Positions 25,356 through 39,349 of a DNA stretch of 64,000 bases are shown piece by piece. This DNA is from Octopus vulgaris. Lineage: Eukaryota. The notes under the pieces are model-generated. The model was not told the DNA's origin, did not search any database, and was given only the letters and a program-made list of their open reading frames with translations. Location of the stretch: NCBI GenBank assembly GCA_951406725.2, contig OX597832.1:11284001-11348000 (forward strand). The letters are read 5' to 3'. Every line of letters begins with the position of its first letter. The stretch's first letter is position 1. The translations under genes and the position numbers were made by a program.

Positions 25356-26296
25356 GATATGAGTTCACGAATATATGGTTGATTGCACCTCGACTACTGC
25401 CTTTAAATTCTCGTTAGCTGCATTAGAACGAAAAGATATAACATAAAAATGTTCGCAATGTTCCCGTTTTTCATAACTTAGTGTCAGATGGCGTGCTGAA
25501 AATATCTCTAACAGCTGTACTTTTATTGACTTCTCCAAGGATAAAACTTCTTACCAATTCATAATCATAAAATCTAATGATATATATTTTAGATTTTGCT
25601 CGAAACGGTCATTGTTATTACTAAAATTTATACACCCTTTAGTGGTTTGTTATTATTCTATAAAACTACGCACATCATCATTCTGGTTATATATGTAGAA
25701 GCACAGTGGGGAAAATCTTTCCTTTTATTACTTTTTGCCATTTGTTTACTGAGGTTTCCTCTCGCTATTTTAATCATTTTAGTTTTATATTCCATGTCAC
25801 GTATCTCTAATAGAGATTCGTTGCTCTAGGTACTTTAAACATATAGTAAATTTCATATTTAATTTGACACTGCGAAATCCTCAGCCACTGTATGATCAAC
25901 GGCTTGTTTTATTAGAAAGACAAACTAACTGTATTTGGACACGCTATTCCACTGTCGTTTGTTGATATTGTATTTTTATGATGTTTGTATTGTATTTTTA
26001 GAAACTTTCTTCGCTGATGTTGCCTGTTTGATCTTTTATATTATAAACGATGCTATTAGATTGTAGCGAAAGGCACAACAAAAATGCTTTTTACAAGTGC
26101 AGTACAGTAGAGATTTTGTATAATCTTCAGTATATTTACGGTGATAATTTTATCGTCCTCGGAGGAATGTAAATAGAGATTTTAGCATATATTGAAATAC
26201 TGTGAGGTATGAACGCTAATCCTAATAATATTAAGGATTTACTGCACAAATATTACTTCTACTACTACTACAAAATAATAATAATAATAATAGTTG

Positions 26297-26783
26297 CAGT
26301 AACAGAAAGTGGCTCTCGTGGCTTCTGGTCTTAACTGATTGGAAGTGCTATGATGTAATTGTTTTGTTTTGGCATGGAAGATGGACTGACTACAGCAAAT
26401 ACTCTGCTCAATACGACATATCTGCTTGTCAGTTGTTTGACCTTAACTAGTCGAGTATGACCCTTGGTGGCATCTCTAATCACGAGCAGAAGTAGTGCGT
26501 GTGCATCATAGCCATGTGTCAAGAAGAATTCATTGGAGTTTGAATAATACACCTCTGACATGAGTGTTTCGCTCATCATCTTTAGTTAACCCTTATTTAG
26601 CGACCTTTTGAGCTGTGTGGGCTATTCAACTTAAAGAAACTTCTAACTGTGCCCCCACCTGCAAGGTCATGCGTTGAACATTTTGATATGAGATCACCAT
26701 ATCGCGCACATATGATTGTGATGCATGTGCCTGGTGTACTCTTATCAGGTGGATAGTCATGATGGGTATATTGGGTTTCGTAT
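26297..26783. mobile_element. ~490-bp interspersed element between (AAT)n runs, possibly Dong-derived
   Basis: Sharp GC-richer block flanked on both sides by (AAT)n; resembles a recalled abundant octopus repeat; class is inferred. Confidence 0.55.
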
Positions 26784-26800
26784 TAAATAATAATAATAAT

Positions 26801-27012
26801 CCTTTCTACTAAAGACACAAGACCTGAAATTTGGAGAGAAGGGACTAGTCGATTATATCGGTCCAGTGTTTCACAATTACTTAATGTATCGACCCTGAAA
26901 GATAATAGGTAAAGTTGATCACAGCAGAATTTGAACTCAGAATGTAGCAACGGGTGAAATACTACTAAATATTTTCCCCAGCATGCCGACGACTATGCCA
27001 CCTCGCTGCCTT
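26801..27012 (-). mobile_element. SINE family D
   Basis: ATCGACCCTGAAAGATAATAGGTAAAGTTGA...GAATTTGAACTCAGAA; flanked by (AAT)n. Confidence 0.85.
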
Positions 27013-27030
27013 CTCAATAATAATAATAAC

Positions 27031-27215
27031 GGTTTCAAATTTTAGCACAAGGCTACCAAATTCGAGTGAGGAGCTAAGTGTACTTCCTCGATCTTAGTAC
27101 TTCACCAGTATTTATTTTTTTGACCCCTAAAGGATGACAGGCAACATCGGCCACGGAAGAATTTTAAACTCAGACCGTAGGGACAGGCAAAATACCGCAA
27201 AGCTTTTTGCCTGGC
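27031..27215 (-). mobile_element. SINE family D, second tandem copy
   Basis: GACCCCTAAAGGATGACAGGCAAC...AACTCAGACCGTAG...AAATACCGCAAAGC. Confidence 0.8.
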
Positions 27216-27458
27216 TTTTTTTATTATAATATAAGGTATAATCACAATAACAATGCACTTATCCAACATATATGGATATATATGTGTCCGTTCATCTATT
27301 TGTCTGTGTATATGTGTGTGTATGTGAGCATGTATATATATTTACATGAAATATACATGCATATATGAATGCAGTAATGTACGAATATAAATAAACAATA
27401 GTTTCACAGTCAAGTCTGACAGCAGCGTTGGCAGAGTTCAGAGTAGCTTATGATTATT

Positions 27459-27763
27459 GTTTTTTTCTTCGCCCTTTTCAAGCCTAGCAAGGCTCATGGG
27501 ATCGGTTTCCCGGTTTCTGTTGCGTATGAGTCCCCCTCCCCCGCTGGACGGGACGCCAGTCCATCGCAGCGTTACTCAATAAACAGGAAGAGAGAGTGAG
27601 AGAAAGTTGTGGCGAAAGAGTACAACAGGGGTCGCTACCACTCCCTGCCGGAGCCTCGTGGAGCTTTTAGGTACTTTCGCTCAATAATCACATACAACGC
27701 CCGGTCTGGGAATCGAAATCGCGATCCTCCGACCGCGAGTCCACTGGACCATTGCGCCTCCAC
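27459..27763 (-). mobile_element. SINE family B head with an alternative 3' half
   Basis: 27580-27763 is the reverse complement of the 10119 head; 27459-27580 differs from the B tail at 32947. Confidence 0.88.
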
Positions 27764-28663
27764 TATAGTTATTGTAGGGAGCAGAAACTATGCAGACATC
27801 TGATTCACCTTCATGTTCTTTCATAATTTATTCAGTTCCAATATCAATTCATAAAAATGGGTTTGCGTAATTCTGAGGGAGTTTCCCGGAAAGACTGATT
27901 GAATTTCAAACTTCAAAGTATCATTTTTGGTGAGTGACCACGCCGTAGATTGCCGTTCCAGAATATTTCCTTAGCGTTTTGTGTTCAATGTCAGTTTGAA
28001 AGTTTGCTCCCTACTTGAAGGTTGTTACCTACTTTGTCTTGCTACCAGTATCTCCAAATTTGTGGTGTTAGATCGTAATTATTTATTTCGAACCGCATCT
28101 GAATGAAATCTGAACAGATCACTAATGATACTCACATACTCATTTAAAATCCATGCCATATGCTTTCATTACTGGTTGTCAATTCACTTTCTTGAGGTCA
28201 ACTGTCTTGTCATTCATCTTGCAGGATGTCAAACACTCTCACCATACAAAGCTGTTGCGGTTGTCACTTACGTTCCTGATGACCATATCATGCAACAGGG
28301 TGCACATTTAATAGTAGTAATGCACACATTCAACCTGGCAGAATGAATAATATATGTATAAGTAGGGTTGTTAGCTTATTGAATATGATGCACTGCATAT
28401 TCATTCCATCTCTTTCATCATTTGTGGCTTGATAAAATATACAGTGGAAAACTATTTGTGCATCCCTCTCTTTTTCCCCAACTGTTACATGGTCGATATT
28501 TCTCCTTTTCAAGGGATAATATTTTATCGTTTTACGATTACACTGGTTCCTAAAATATTTAACAAGCGCATTGTACCTGCTATCGAGTCCATAGACGCTT
28601 GCGAGTGACGGCTGTATTTTATTTTATTATCTATATTCGTATATATGAATGTGTATGCGAGTA

Positions 28664-29448
28664 CAGTAATCACTCGACCTATCGCGGATTTTCTGGCTAA
28701 TATATGTAAATTTACATCGTGAGTTTCTGCGACCGATATGCATTTATATTTTTTTTAGATTTTTAATTATTTATGTGATAAATTAACATTTTCAGGCCTA
28801 AACGTCGATAAATTAATAGAAATACAGAGCTGCACTGTGTAACACATTAATTACAATATATTAAAAGAAAATGCGTAGTGTACCGTATATGAGTATAAAA
28901 AGAATCGCACATACTGTATGAAAATCGAAACTCGGGAGGCGAGTGCGTAGTGTTGTTTTACATTTATAATGAAATAAATATATGCAAATTATAAAAATAA
29001 TAAAAAAGGAGTGGCTGTGAGGTAAGTAGCTTGCTTACCAACCACATGATCCCGGGTTCAGTCCCACTGCGTGGCACCTTGGGCAAGTGTTTTCTACTAT
29101 AGCCTCGAGCCGACCAAAGCCTTGTGAGTGGATTTGGTAGACGGAAACAGAAAGAAGCCCGTCGTATATATGTCTATATGTGTGTGTGTGTCTGTGTCTG
29201 TGTGTGTGTGTGCTTGTGCGTCTGTGTCTGCCCCCCCCCAGCATCACTTGACAACCGACTAGAATTAGTCCTGGCGTCGATTTGCTCGACTAAAGGCGGT
29301 GCTCCAGCATGGCCGCAGTCAAATGATTGAAACAAGTAAAAGAGTAAAGAGTAAGAGTAAAAGAGAGCAGTACTGTTTCTACTTCGTTGAAGTCACCTAT
29401 CGCGCAGGGTTTTGGAAAGTAAGACCCGCGATAGTTGAGGAATTACTG
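28664..29448. mobile_element. pogo/Tigger-like MITE interrupted by a SINE-A
   Basis: TA-CAGTAATCACTCGACCTATCGCGG ... CCGCGATAGTTGAGGAATTACTG-TA imperfect TIRs with TA TSD. Confidence 0.85.
29007..29367 (+). mobile_element. SINE family A nested in the MITE
   Basis: Near-consensus head, deletion in the 3' half, repeated GTAAAGA tail. Confidence 0.92.
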
Positions 29449-30030
29449 TACTCCAAAGTACGTGACATGTTACTGTGTATCTTAGACTTTCTAAATTACC
29501 TTAATTTTATTAGCATGTCTCTTAGTGGAGATGCAATAGCGTTGCAATCTTCATATACAAATAAGGACATAAAACTACACCCTTGGAACAACAAAAAGAA
29601 AGTGCTTTTTACTCATATGAACCTCTTAATGTCTCAGGAAATGCCTACATAAAATACGATGGACATCTTAGCATCGAGCTATGCTAATGAAGAGCTCATA
29701 ATAAGTCAGACAATTTTACATTGCAAAAATATTAAATGAACTACTGAGGACGTATCAATAGCATACGATTATAGTGAGCACAAGATAAATGTAAGTATAT
29801 GTCAAATTACAGCGATCTAGCAGTCGAATTAAAAACCATATGCCATATGTAATTGGTGAAAACTGATCGATATAGAACCAGTTTATGTACAGATATTGAT
29901 AGATTGCATATAGGCACAGACGCTTTTCCTAAAGTATTAATGTATTGTTCAACCATTTACACACTATATTTTTATGCACGCTTTTCAACATGGAGCTAAT
30001 GCATTATGCAACACAGTATACACATACACC

Positions 30031-30031
<1 letters not shown>

Positions 30032-30091
<60 letters not shown>
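30032..30091. repeat. (AT)n microsatellite
   Basis: Direct reading. Confidence 0.95.
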
Positions 30092-30092
<1 letters not shown>

Positions 30093-31469
30093 CTATGAAT
30101 TCTAAATGGATGTAATACTACTTCATTATAAGCCGCATTGGCAGCAAAGGCATTACAAACACAGTTATAAGTTCATATAAACCAAACTATTTATAGAATT
30201 TAGAGTTGTGCAGCTCTTGTATTATCAACCTCTCCTTCGAGACGCGAGGAATAATCTAACCGATTTCCCAGTCTGCCTCCTTTTTTATTGTTAGTGTCTC
30301 TATAATGAAAGTTCAAATGACTGTGCAAATTCAGGAACGTGACAATCCAACGAAGCACACTTATTATACATGTTGGCACATATTTATCTATTCTTCGATC
30401 TCTATACCCATCTTTATCTCTGTGTCTTTCCCCCTGTTTTTCTCTTCAAATATGTGTGTGTTTCTCCACGCGCTTGTGTGTGTATGAGTGTATGCCAGCC
30501 TGCGTTTCTATGTATATTTAGAAAATAGACAAAACAGAAATGATTTAAGAAACTTCAGTTTCTAATAAGATATATAAGCACTAAAATACTTCAGTAACAC
30601 AAGCACTATCGAATCTTTCTCTCTCGTTAACTATCTAATAATTTATTTATCTATCTAACTACCTATCTCTCTATCTGTCTTGGTCTCTCTCTTTCATTTT
30701 CTCTCTTTCCCACTGTATCTAAATCGCTATCTGTCTATCTACCAACCAATCTATTTACATCTATATTCATTCGTTTGAAGTGGTTATCGCTCCCTACGTG
30801 CGATTCTTTTAGAGATAAACAAAGAGAGCTGTTTAAAAATGAATAATGAACGAATAAACTCGAAATGAATATTCTTGTTCGACAGCAAGCAATTCTATAC
30901 ATGATGCGCAGTGTGATAGAACTTCCGGCACGCACTCAGTTATTATTCGCTCATTGTTAATTTCAGTTTGTATATAAAAAGAGTGTTTTATCAAATGCGG
31001 GATCCGGCTAAGAGCCGAGTCTAACTCGATCGACCGGATACGGCGTCTATTCAATGGTCTAGCGGCTATGGCGAAATTGTTTGGTGGATGCAGATACACT
31101 GTTTGGTGACAGATCTTTTGCTCTAAGTTCAAGAAGCACATCAACTGTTCCAAGAATTGCATTAAGAGTAACATGAGTATAGCAGAATGTGTTGAGTTCC
31201 ACTAATTTGTATGATAGGTTACAGAGACTGATTGATTCACTCTGTACAACTTGATGCACAAAATACGACTCTGTAGTTTGGTGGCAAGTGCTAGAATAAG
31301 GCTCTTATCTTTGATGTGTCAGAGTTTATTTGTAGCATTTGTTGCAATATCTGTGATTATACGGTTTTTGTTTTTTTTTTGTTTTTTTTTTTGTTTTTTT
31401 GTTTTTTGTTCTTTTGCTTTTCTATAATTTGTCATCATATATAGTGCCATTGAATCCCTTTAGTTTCGC

Positions 31470-31680
31470 ACACAGATTTTTTAAAATTATTTTATTTCAA
31501 ACTAAACATTTTGAAATTTCGTATACTGGTGTAAAATTTTCACGCTGAACACTGTTTGCTTTCACCATTTTCGACAAATTTTCGTATTCTAGAAGTTATT
31601 TCATGCAAAAGTTAAGTTATATTCATTTCAAGGACATTATGCTGTTAGAATCACCACAGACACGACCACATATGTTTACA
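31470..31680. repeat. probable MITE-like repeat fragment
   Basis: AACATTTTGAAATTTCGTATACTGGT resembles a recalled octopus DNA-element repeat; no termini seen. Confidence 0.3.
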
Positions 31681-31691
31681 TGAGTCGATAT

Positions 31692-31825
31692 GCCGCCGGG
31701 GTCGCCGACGTTTTACCTTTTACATCTTAGTGGTTGAGGAAATATATCAGATGAACATAAAGGTGATGTTTTCAACCCCCGCCTCCCCTTTCAATCGTTG
31801 GCCTTGTGCCAGAATTAGAAAACAA
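31692..31825 (+). mobile_element. SINE family D 3' fragment, highly diverged
   Basis: CCGCCGGGGTCG...TTTACCTTTTACATC...TTGGCCTTGTGCCAGAATTAGAAA. Confidence 0.55.
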
Positions 31826-32946
31826 AACCATAAATGTCTGGTTTTATGCTTATTTTAGAGGTTAACTCTGTCTTTCATTCTTGAAACGTCAATAAAACAA
31901 AATACTACTTATCTAATGTGTCGTTGATGTCCCTTCACTCAAATATGCTAACCTTGTTTCTAAACCAGAGAATTTTATTTTACACCTGCTTTTATCTTTG
32001 ATAAATATTTTATTTATTTTGTTTTACCGCTTAAATTTTGCAACTTCATTACTTCTGTATGCTTTTCAGCGTAAAAAAAAACTTGTATCAAAAATTTTTT
32101 TCTTCTTGCTGTTTAAGTTTTATAAATTAGTTTAAAATGTGCAAAACTAAGGAAAAAATATAGAAGAAAATGAGAGGGCTTTTGATACATAAATAAAAAG
32201 CAAACACAAAGCGACAAGGATGTTATATAAAAGTATAATAAGATAAATATATGTTCAAAACAAGCAAAGTTGAAATGTAAACAGTTGATAAATAATGACG
32301 TTAATACACTCAACTGAGTGAGCAAGCATAAAATTAAGAAGGGAGAAACGTAAAGAGAAAATAAACTGAAAAATTCTAACAATGACTGAATTTTGACTGA
32401 TATCATGATGTTATACAGCAAAGACGTGTAACTCTAAATACAGCAGGAACTAGAGAAATAATGTAAAAAGACTGTTCTAAAACTCTAGATTATCAAAAAA
32501 AATGCACAATTAACTGTGCAAACAGTAGGTCAGTAATAAAATGTGATTTTACGACAAGTTATTTTCTGTAAGTACTTAAATCGTAGGAAAAAGAAAAGTA
32601 TCAGAAAACATTTAAAAATTTCCATTCACTTTCTTTCGCCCTTAAACATATGCACTTAGGATCAGCATTTTTTATAATCGAATCTATCATTGTTGTTATG
32701 GAAGCCATCGTTTAAAAATCATCCTCATTCTCTTAATCATCATTAAACAGCAACACTACCCAATTTCAAGGATACATTCTTCTTTCATATCACAGAAATA
32801 AAACGCCCATCCTGCTCCCCTTCCACCACCTCCCCACCTCCTCCTCCTCCTCATCATCATCATCATCATCATCATTATCTCTATCCCGTTTCCTCATTTA
32901 TTACTTTTCCCTACTAGCACTAGCATACGTATTATTATTTTTATCA

Positions 32947-33268
32947 TGTTGAGTCTCCGTCGGTTACGACGACGGCGGTTCCAGTTGATCTGATCAACGG
33001 AACGGCCTGCTCATGAAGTTAACGTGTAAGTGGTTAAACACTCTATAGACACGCGTATTACTACCGCAGTTCCTTGTGAGATTCAGCTGGCCCTTTGAAA
33101 TACAGGAAGAAAAAGTGAAAGAAAGTTGTGATGAAAGAGTACAGCAGAGGGTACGCCACGACCTCATACCGGAGGCTCGTGGAGCTATAGGTATTTTCGT
33201 TCAATAAACACTCACAACACCCGGACCGCTAGTCCGCTGCCCTGACCATTAGGCCATTGCGCCTCCAC
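32947..33268 (-). mobile_element. SINE family B with RTE-like tail
   Basis: Head ...GGCCATTGCGCCTCCAC; body shared with 10119; minus-strand tail GGAACCGCCGTCGTCGTAACCGACGGAGACTC. Confidence 0.88.
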
Positions 33269-35794
33269 TATTTCTATTATTACTATTGTGATTGTACTTT
33301 ATATCTGAAATGCAATGTGACGAAGGCTATACATTTAGTTAATTTTCAAGTCTATTGAGAGAAGTGGCGTGGTTATTTCTTAAAAGATTCACTCAGTGTA
33401 ATTGAATCTAGAGTGTAACAAATGTGTACCAATGTTATCCACTTGGCCTTGAAACGATCCCCGTACACATACATATGCACGCACTCATATATATGTGCCT
33501 GAATGTGACTGTATTTATGCATATACATATATACATACATACATACATATATACACACACACATATGCATATGTCTATAGGTACCCACGCAAATATATAC
33601 AGACGAGCACATACACACATACATAGACACACTCATAGATATACTTAAGTACGTTGGTATTTATACATCTGTGTATGATTATGATGCATGCATAGTTTTA
33701 TGTGTATATGTGGGTATATTAATGTATGTAGAACTGTAGATGTATGTAAATGCATTTAATGGAATGTTCAGTGATTGTGCAATCAAGCCATGATATGATA
33801 GAGGTAATCGTAACATTATTGCCAACCTTATGAATCACTAGAATGCAATCGATTATTCTGGTCTCATTTGTAATTATATATGTATCTTTTTTTCTTTACA
33901 ATAACTGTTCTAGCATTTTTTCAACATACATTTCCTTTTAGAGATTTCGTTTATCAATAATGGACGATAAATTCTCGTAATGGATTGTAATTATCTAGTT
34001 CCACGGGAGTTTGGCAATGCCATACCACATACATACGTACACGCACTCTCACGTATGAGTGTATGTGTTTGAGTACGCATGCGTGTTTGTGTGCGGTACT
34101 AAACGCACAACTAATTAGGTTTGTATATGCGTGTTTAGTTTTTGTAGCAGTCTTCTTCAAAACATAAGCTTCAATCAAAGAATTGCACTATCAATCATTT
34201 TTTTTTTTATATTATACATTATATTTTTGTTCATTATGAATATAACATTTTACGAACGCTCATAAATTGTGTGAGCGCTCGTTTGTATGTGCGTGTGCGT
34301 GTTTGAGCTGTGTTGGGGAGAGGTTGTGTGCTTATGTATGTGTATTGATAATTATTTATATACTCGCATATTTAAGTATAGATGTCAACATTGAACGTAA
34401 GGTTAATATGAAAATATCCATACGTATAGTGTGAGAGAAAGAAACATACAGAGAAAGATGGAGAAAGTTAATGACATAGAATGTTAGGCTTCTAATAAAA
34501 CCTAGCTTCAACCAAGATGAATACTAACGAAATGAAAAGAAACCCACACTAGTTCAATCATGAAATTAGATTGATTAACTATTGTTTCCAGCAATGCTAA
34601 TGGAGGTCTTCGTCATTTTACATTTGATAACAAATTTAAATAGTTTTCCTATATTAGACTTAATGTCGCTATCGAATAATAGACTTTCGTTGCAATGTTT
34701 TGGCCATCATATTTCACCGCTGTAAATGAAAGAACAGAGACTGTGATACGGTGCGTGTCATATTCTCGATCCGGCAGGTTACTGATCAAGTAGTTTCACA
34801 ATGTTTTATAGAAAAATGTAACACAAAAATATAGCTTTATCGACACAGAGACTGTCATTTGTATTTGTTTTTAATTTTACATCAGTCTGTTTTAATTGCC
34901 TTGAATATAAAATATGTTATTATATTATTATACTGTCACATAATGTCTTTATCACTTTAACCCAAAATATTTATTGTTTAATATGCGTGTGTGCGTGTAT
35001 CCACGTGTGTATGCGTGCATGACTGATTGCTGTGTGTGTATTAATGACTATGTTTGCGTGCGTGAGTTCAGATCTCATTAAAAATAATCTACTCTCGGCG
35101 CCATGACTCGGTTTGGATTTCAGAAAACATATTAAAAGGATTATATGAATAAAGGTCGTGAGTTATAAAACTGGAATTATTGCTTCGTATTATTTCCCTT
35201 TTAAATGCTAAATTTAAATAGATGAAGTACTTTTTAAATTCATTTCTGAGTCATGGCTCCCAGACAAGGGAAAATCAGGAATAAAAGCAAAGGAGATGAA
35301 ATGAGTTAAAATACAAGACGTGAAGTCGACGTTGTGCAGAAGACAGGTTTGTTACGCCAGAAAAGGCTGGAATGAATTTTTCACTTACAAAGAATCAGCG
35401 TAGGAGAATTCATTTGCTGGTACTTAATGTGAGATTTGCAGATTGTGTAATTATTGTAAATTCACCAATGTGCTTTGTCCTAGTGTTTCTGAGCTTTCTA
35501 CCGAAAAACCTTAAATTATGTAACTCATTTCATCACATGCATGTCGAATGTGATGCTATGGCTTCAAAGTTATTTCACCTCTATTTTTCCGATTTCAATC
35601 TTACGGTGGCCAGTGGCAATGATTCTAAAATATCAATACGTGGAGATGAATCTCGCCTGAGTAAAAACCAGTCAGTTGACATTTATGCATATCGTCTATG
35701 AGGGTCTGCTGTTGTAGCAAATACATATACATATTCATTTATAAATATGCATACAAACACATGTATATATATACATATATATCAATGTATCTTG

Positions 35795-35835
<41 letters not shown>

Positions 35836-36040
35836 CAGATTGATGTTTGCATGTATATGTATGTATGTATATGCACAAAATATACAGAGATGTAGGTATA
35901 CAAGCATGAAGAGTTCGATTTAATTAATCATCATGCAACGTTGTCTTCAAGACATTCTCATCATTCATTCTGAGTTATGAGCTTGAAATCGATTCAGCAG
36001 CGTAAATTTTAAAAGGTCGATACAAACAAATATACGAATG

Positions 36041-36773
<733 letters not shown>

Positions 36774-37276
36774 CGATATAAATATATTACCAGGATACAT
36801 ATCTATATGATATATCAGCTTCTTCAATATTATTTAGATTTATCATTCGTAATATTAGAAATATAGCTTGTCATCGTTATTCTCTGATATCTTACTGGGT
36901 GTGATGTATTCCATATTTCAATCAAAGATCTTGGAATATATTGGGAAATTCTTCCGCATGCAGTGTACGAAAAACACACGATTCAACATTTTCTTATCCG
37001 TACCTCTTTCGACTACGCTTACGTTAGGATTTATTGTACACATTGTCTACACGTTAAATTACGAGAGCCATAGAGCAGCAATTCTAGGTGCAGTGTTACG
37101 AAAGTGATATAAGCGTTAATACCACAAGCACAGTATGTCATATTCTTAGAGCCAAAGGAAAAATAAATGATGATGATAAAATAATATTATCTTACAATTA
37201 CATAATAATAAAATAAGTGATAAAATCATAGATGCAGGGAAATATGATAAATGTAATGATACTATGAGTAGTAATA

Positions 37277-37480
37277 AGGGTGATGAGATGGCAGAATTGT
37301 TAGCAGGCCGAGCGTAGTGGTTGTTTCGGCTTTACGTCCAGAAGTGAAATTCGGTGACGGTGATATTGGCTGTCATTTTTGGGGGTTGACAAAAAGGAGT
37401 CTGGTGTGAGCAGATGAGTCCTTGTAATCAGCTTTCCGTCTCTCCCAATGTATTAGGTCTTGCGCCTATAGTAGAAAGAA
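37277..37480 (+). mobile_element. SINE family D, diverged
   Basis: GAGATGGCAGAATTGTTAGCAGGCCG...GGGGGTTGAC...GGTCTTGCGCCTATAGTAGAAAG in ATA/ATG-rich flanks. Confidence 0.7.
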
Positions 37481-38244
37481 AAGATATTGGTACTATTATA
37501 GTAAAATTAAGTGAGATTCTAGTAATAGAACCGATAAGAATATTAAAAGGAATGTAATCACCAACATTGGATAATGTGTTTGTTAATCTTTGAACTACAG
37601 ACATTAGTGTAATACATTTAATTGTGAATTTGAGACTAGAAAATCTATTCCATAAGGAGACGCCTGAAAAGCAGTCCCAGGCACATTGTTAGAAGGAAAG
37701 TCAGGAAATTTTCAGCTGTTAATGGAAACATAATTGATTGCTCATGGAAGCACAAAAAGGTAACGATCCATTTGTTTCCCTATAACTTGTTTCCAGCTGG
37801 ATCACCTAAAATATATTCTGTTCGAAACTAGTATGTGGCGAAGAAGCTATTCTTGCTGTTGTTATTTTATCCAAGTCAACTTAAATCGGGCAAAACTAAA
37901 TTCAATTTATTTAAGTGCTTTCATTAGATATTATTATGTTTTTGTTACTGCATTTATCTATACTGTATATTCAGATAGTTTTAATCTTAATATACAAACG
38001 ATTCTAAATATGTAGAGTCTAGAGTCTTGCACAATATATCAAATATGTACAAGAGAATCTTTTGTGGGCTAGAAGTAAATGTCAGCCATAAACTAATTAA
38101 TCATCTGAAAGCTACTCCAGAGTGGCCAGATATATTACATTTAATGAGTTAAAAGGTATTGAATTTATATACATTAAATATACTGACTTTTGATATGGGG
38201 ATTTTCTTTATAGACAGTATCAATTTGAATACACTGTTACATAG

Positions 38245-38286
<42 letters not shown>

Positions 38287-38360
38287 CTAACTCCTTCTCT
38301 AAAACAATTTGCGCAAACCCTGTATTTATTTATTTATGTATATACATATACATATATATT

Positions 38361-38403
<43 letters not shown>

Positions 38404-38967
38404 ACGTACGTACGAGTGTATATACGGGTATATTGATAAGTATATGTGTGTGTTTAATGCATATATTTGTATGGTTAACATCTCTGTAGATTAAGATTGT
38501 AAGATAATCAAGAAAAATATCAAAATGTCGTGAAAAATCTAAGCGACTATATTTATTTATGTTGGCATTTATCGATATTTTTAGGTTATTCAATACAAAA
38601 ATAAATATAATGTGGTTTACTGTAAGACATAGAAACGATGTATGAATGCCCCGATATTTGCAGTAATTCTGTCACACACAGAAAATAAATTATATGGCTT
38701 CGTGACTGAATCTACGACTGGAAATAATCTACTAATTTGATCAAAATAGTTGTTCTATAAATTAATTTGCATACTCATTTTTGTTATGAAAATATCTATT
38801 GATAGCTTTAGGGTAAAGGAATTATTTCTTTAGTTCATACATGCAGAATGGTTTGGCACTCGTTATTCAGGATATGTTAATAGAGATTATTTAGGAAATG
38901 GTAATCTTCAGAACCTAGTTAATTTCACTTGCTAACCAAGCAGTTACAGAGCCGCTATTGCTTTATA

Positions 38968-39349
38968 TTAGGTCGGTGTAGGAATTACAACCGTGTTTCG
39001 TGGTCTGCTACCACAACAGCTCCTTTATAGGATCCAGTTAGCTCAAGACATCATCAGGAGGAACTACGTCCGGTTTCGGCCCCTACTCCTCTACCGTTTT
39101 GACATGCCCCCCATCCTTTTAATTATTGCGGCTTTTTTTCATCAAATTTTATTCAGAAAAAACATGTATCAAAAACATTTTAAATTGATTATTCCGGAGC
39201 ATATTCACCATATACTCCAATTACTGCTTCCCATTTGCTAGGCAGACGTTCAGACCATCATTTAAAGACGCTTTTGTTAAATATTGGTATTGTTTTTTAT
39301 TGAATAAAATTTGTGGAAAAAAAGCTGCAATAATTATGCACTAATCCAA
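38968..39349 (-). mobile_element. mariner-derived MITE with its left TIR split by a 139-bp insertion
   Basis: Left TIR TA-TTAGGTCGGTGTA[insert]TAATTATTGCGGC; right TIR GCTGCAATAATTATGCACTAATCCAA; minus-strand ERLPSKWEAVIGVYGEYAPE* resembles a mariner transposase C-terminus. Confidence 0.8.
38981..39119 (-). mobile_element. 139-bp GC-rich insert carrying hammerhead core-like motifs
   Basis: Cleanly separates the two parts of a mariner TIR; minus strand has CTGATGA and two CGAAAC motifs with hairpins. Confidence 0.55.

Noticed and set aside
27800-28560. Possible Tc1/mariner HTH remnant (KFGDTGS) on the minus strand
   Set aside because: Single short motif, no TIRs or catalytic motifs
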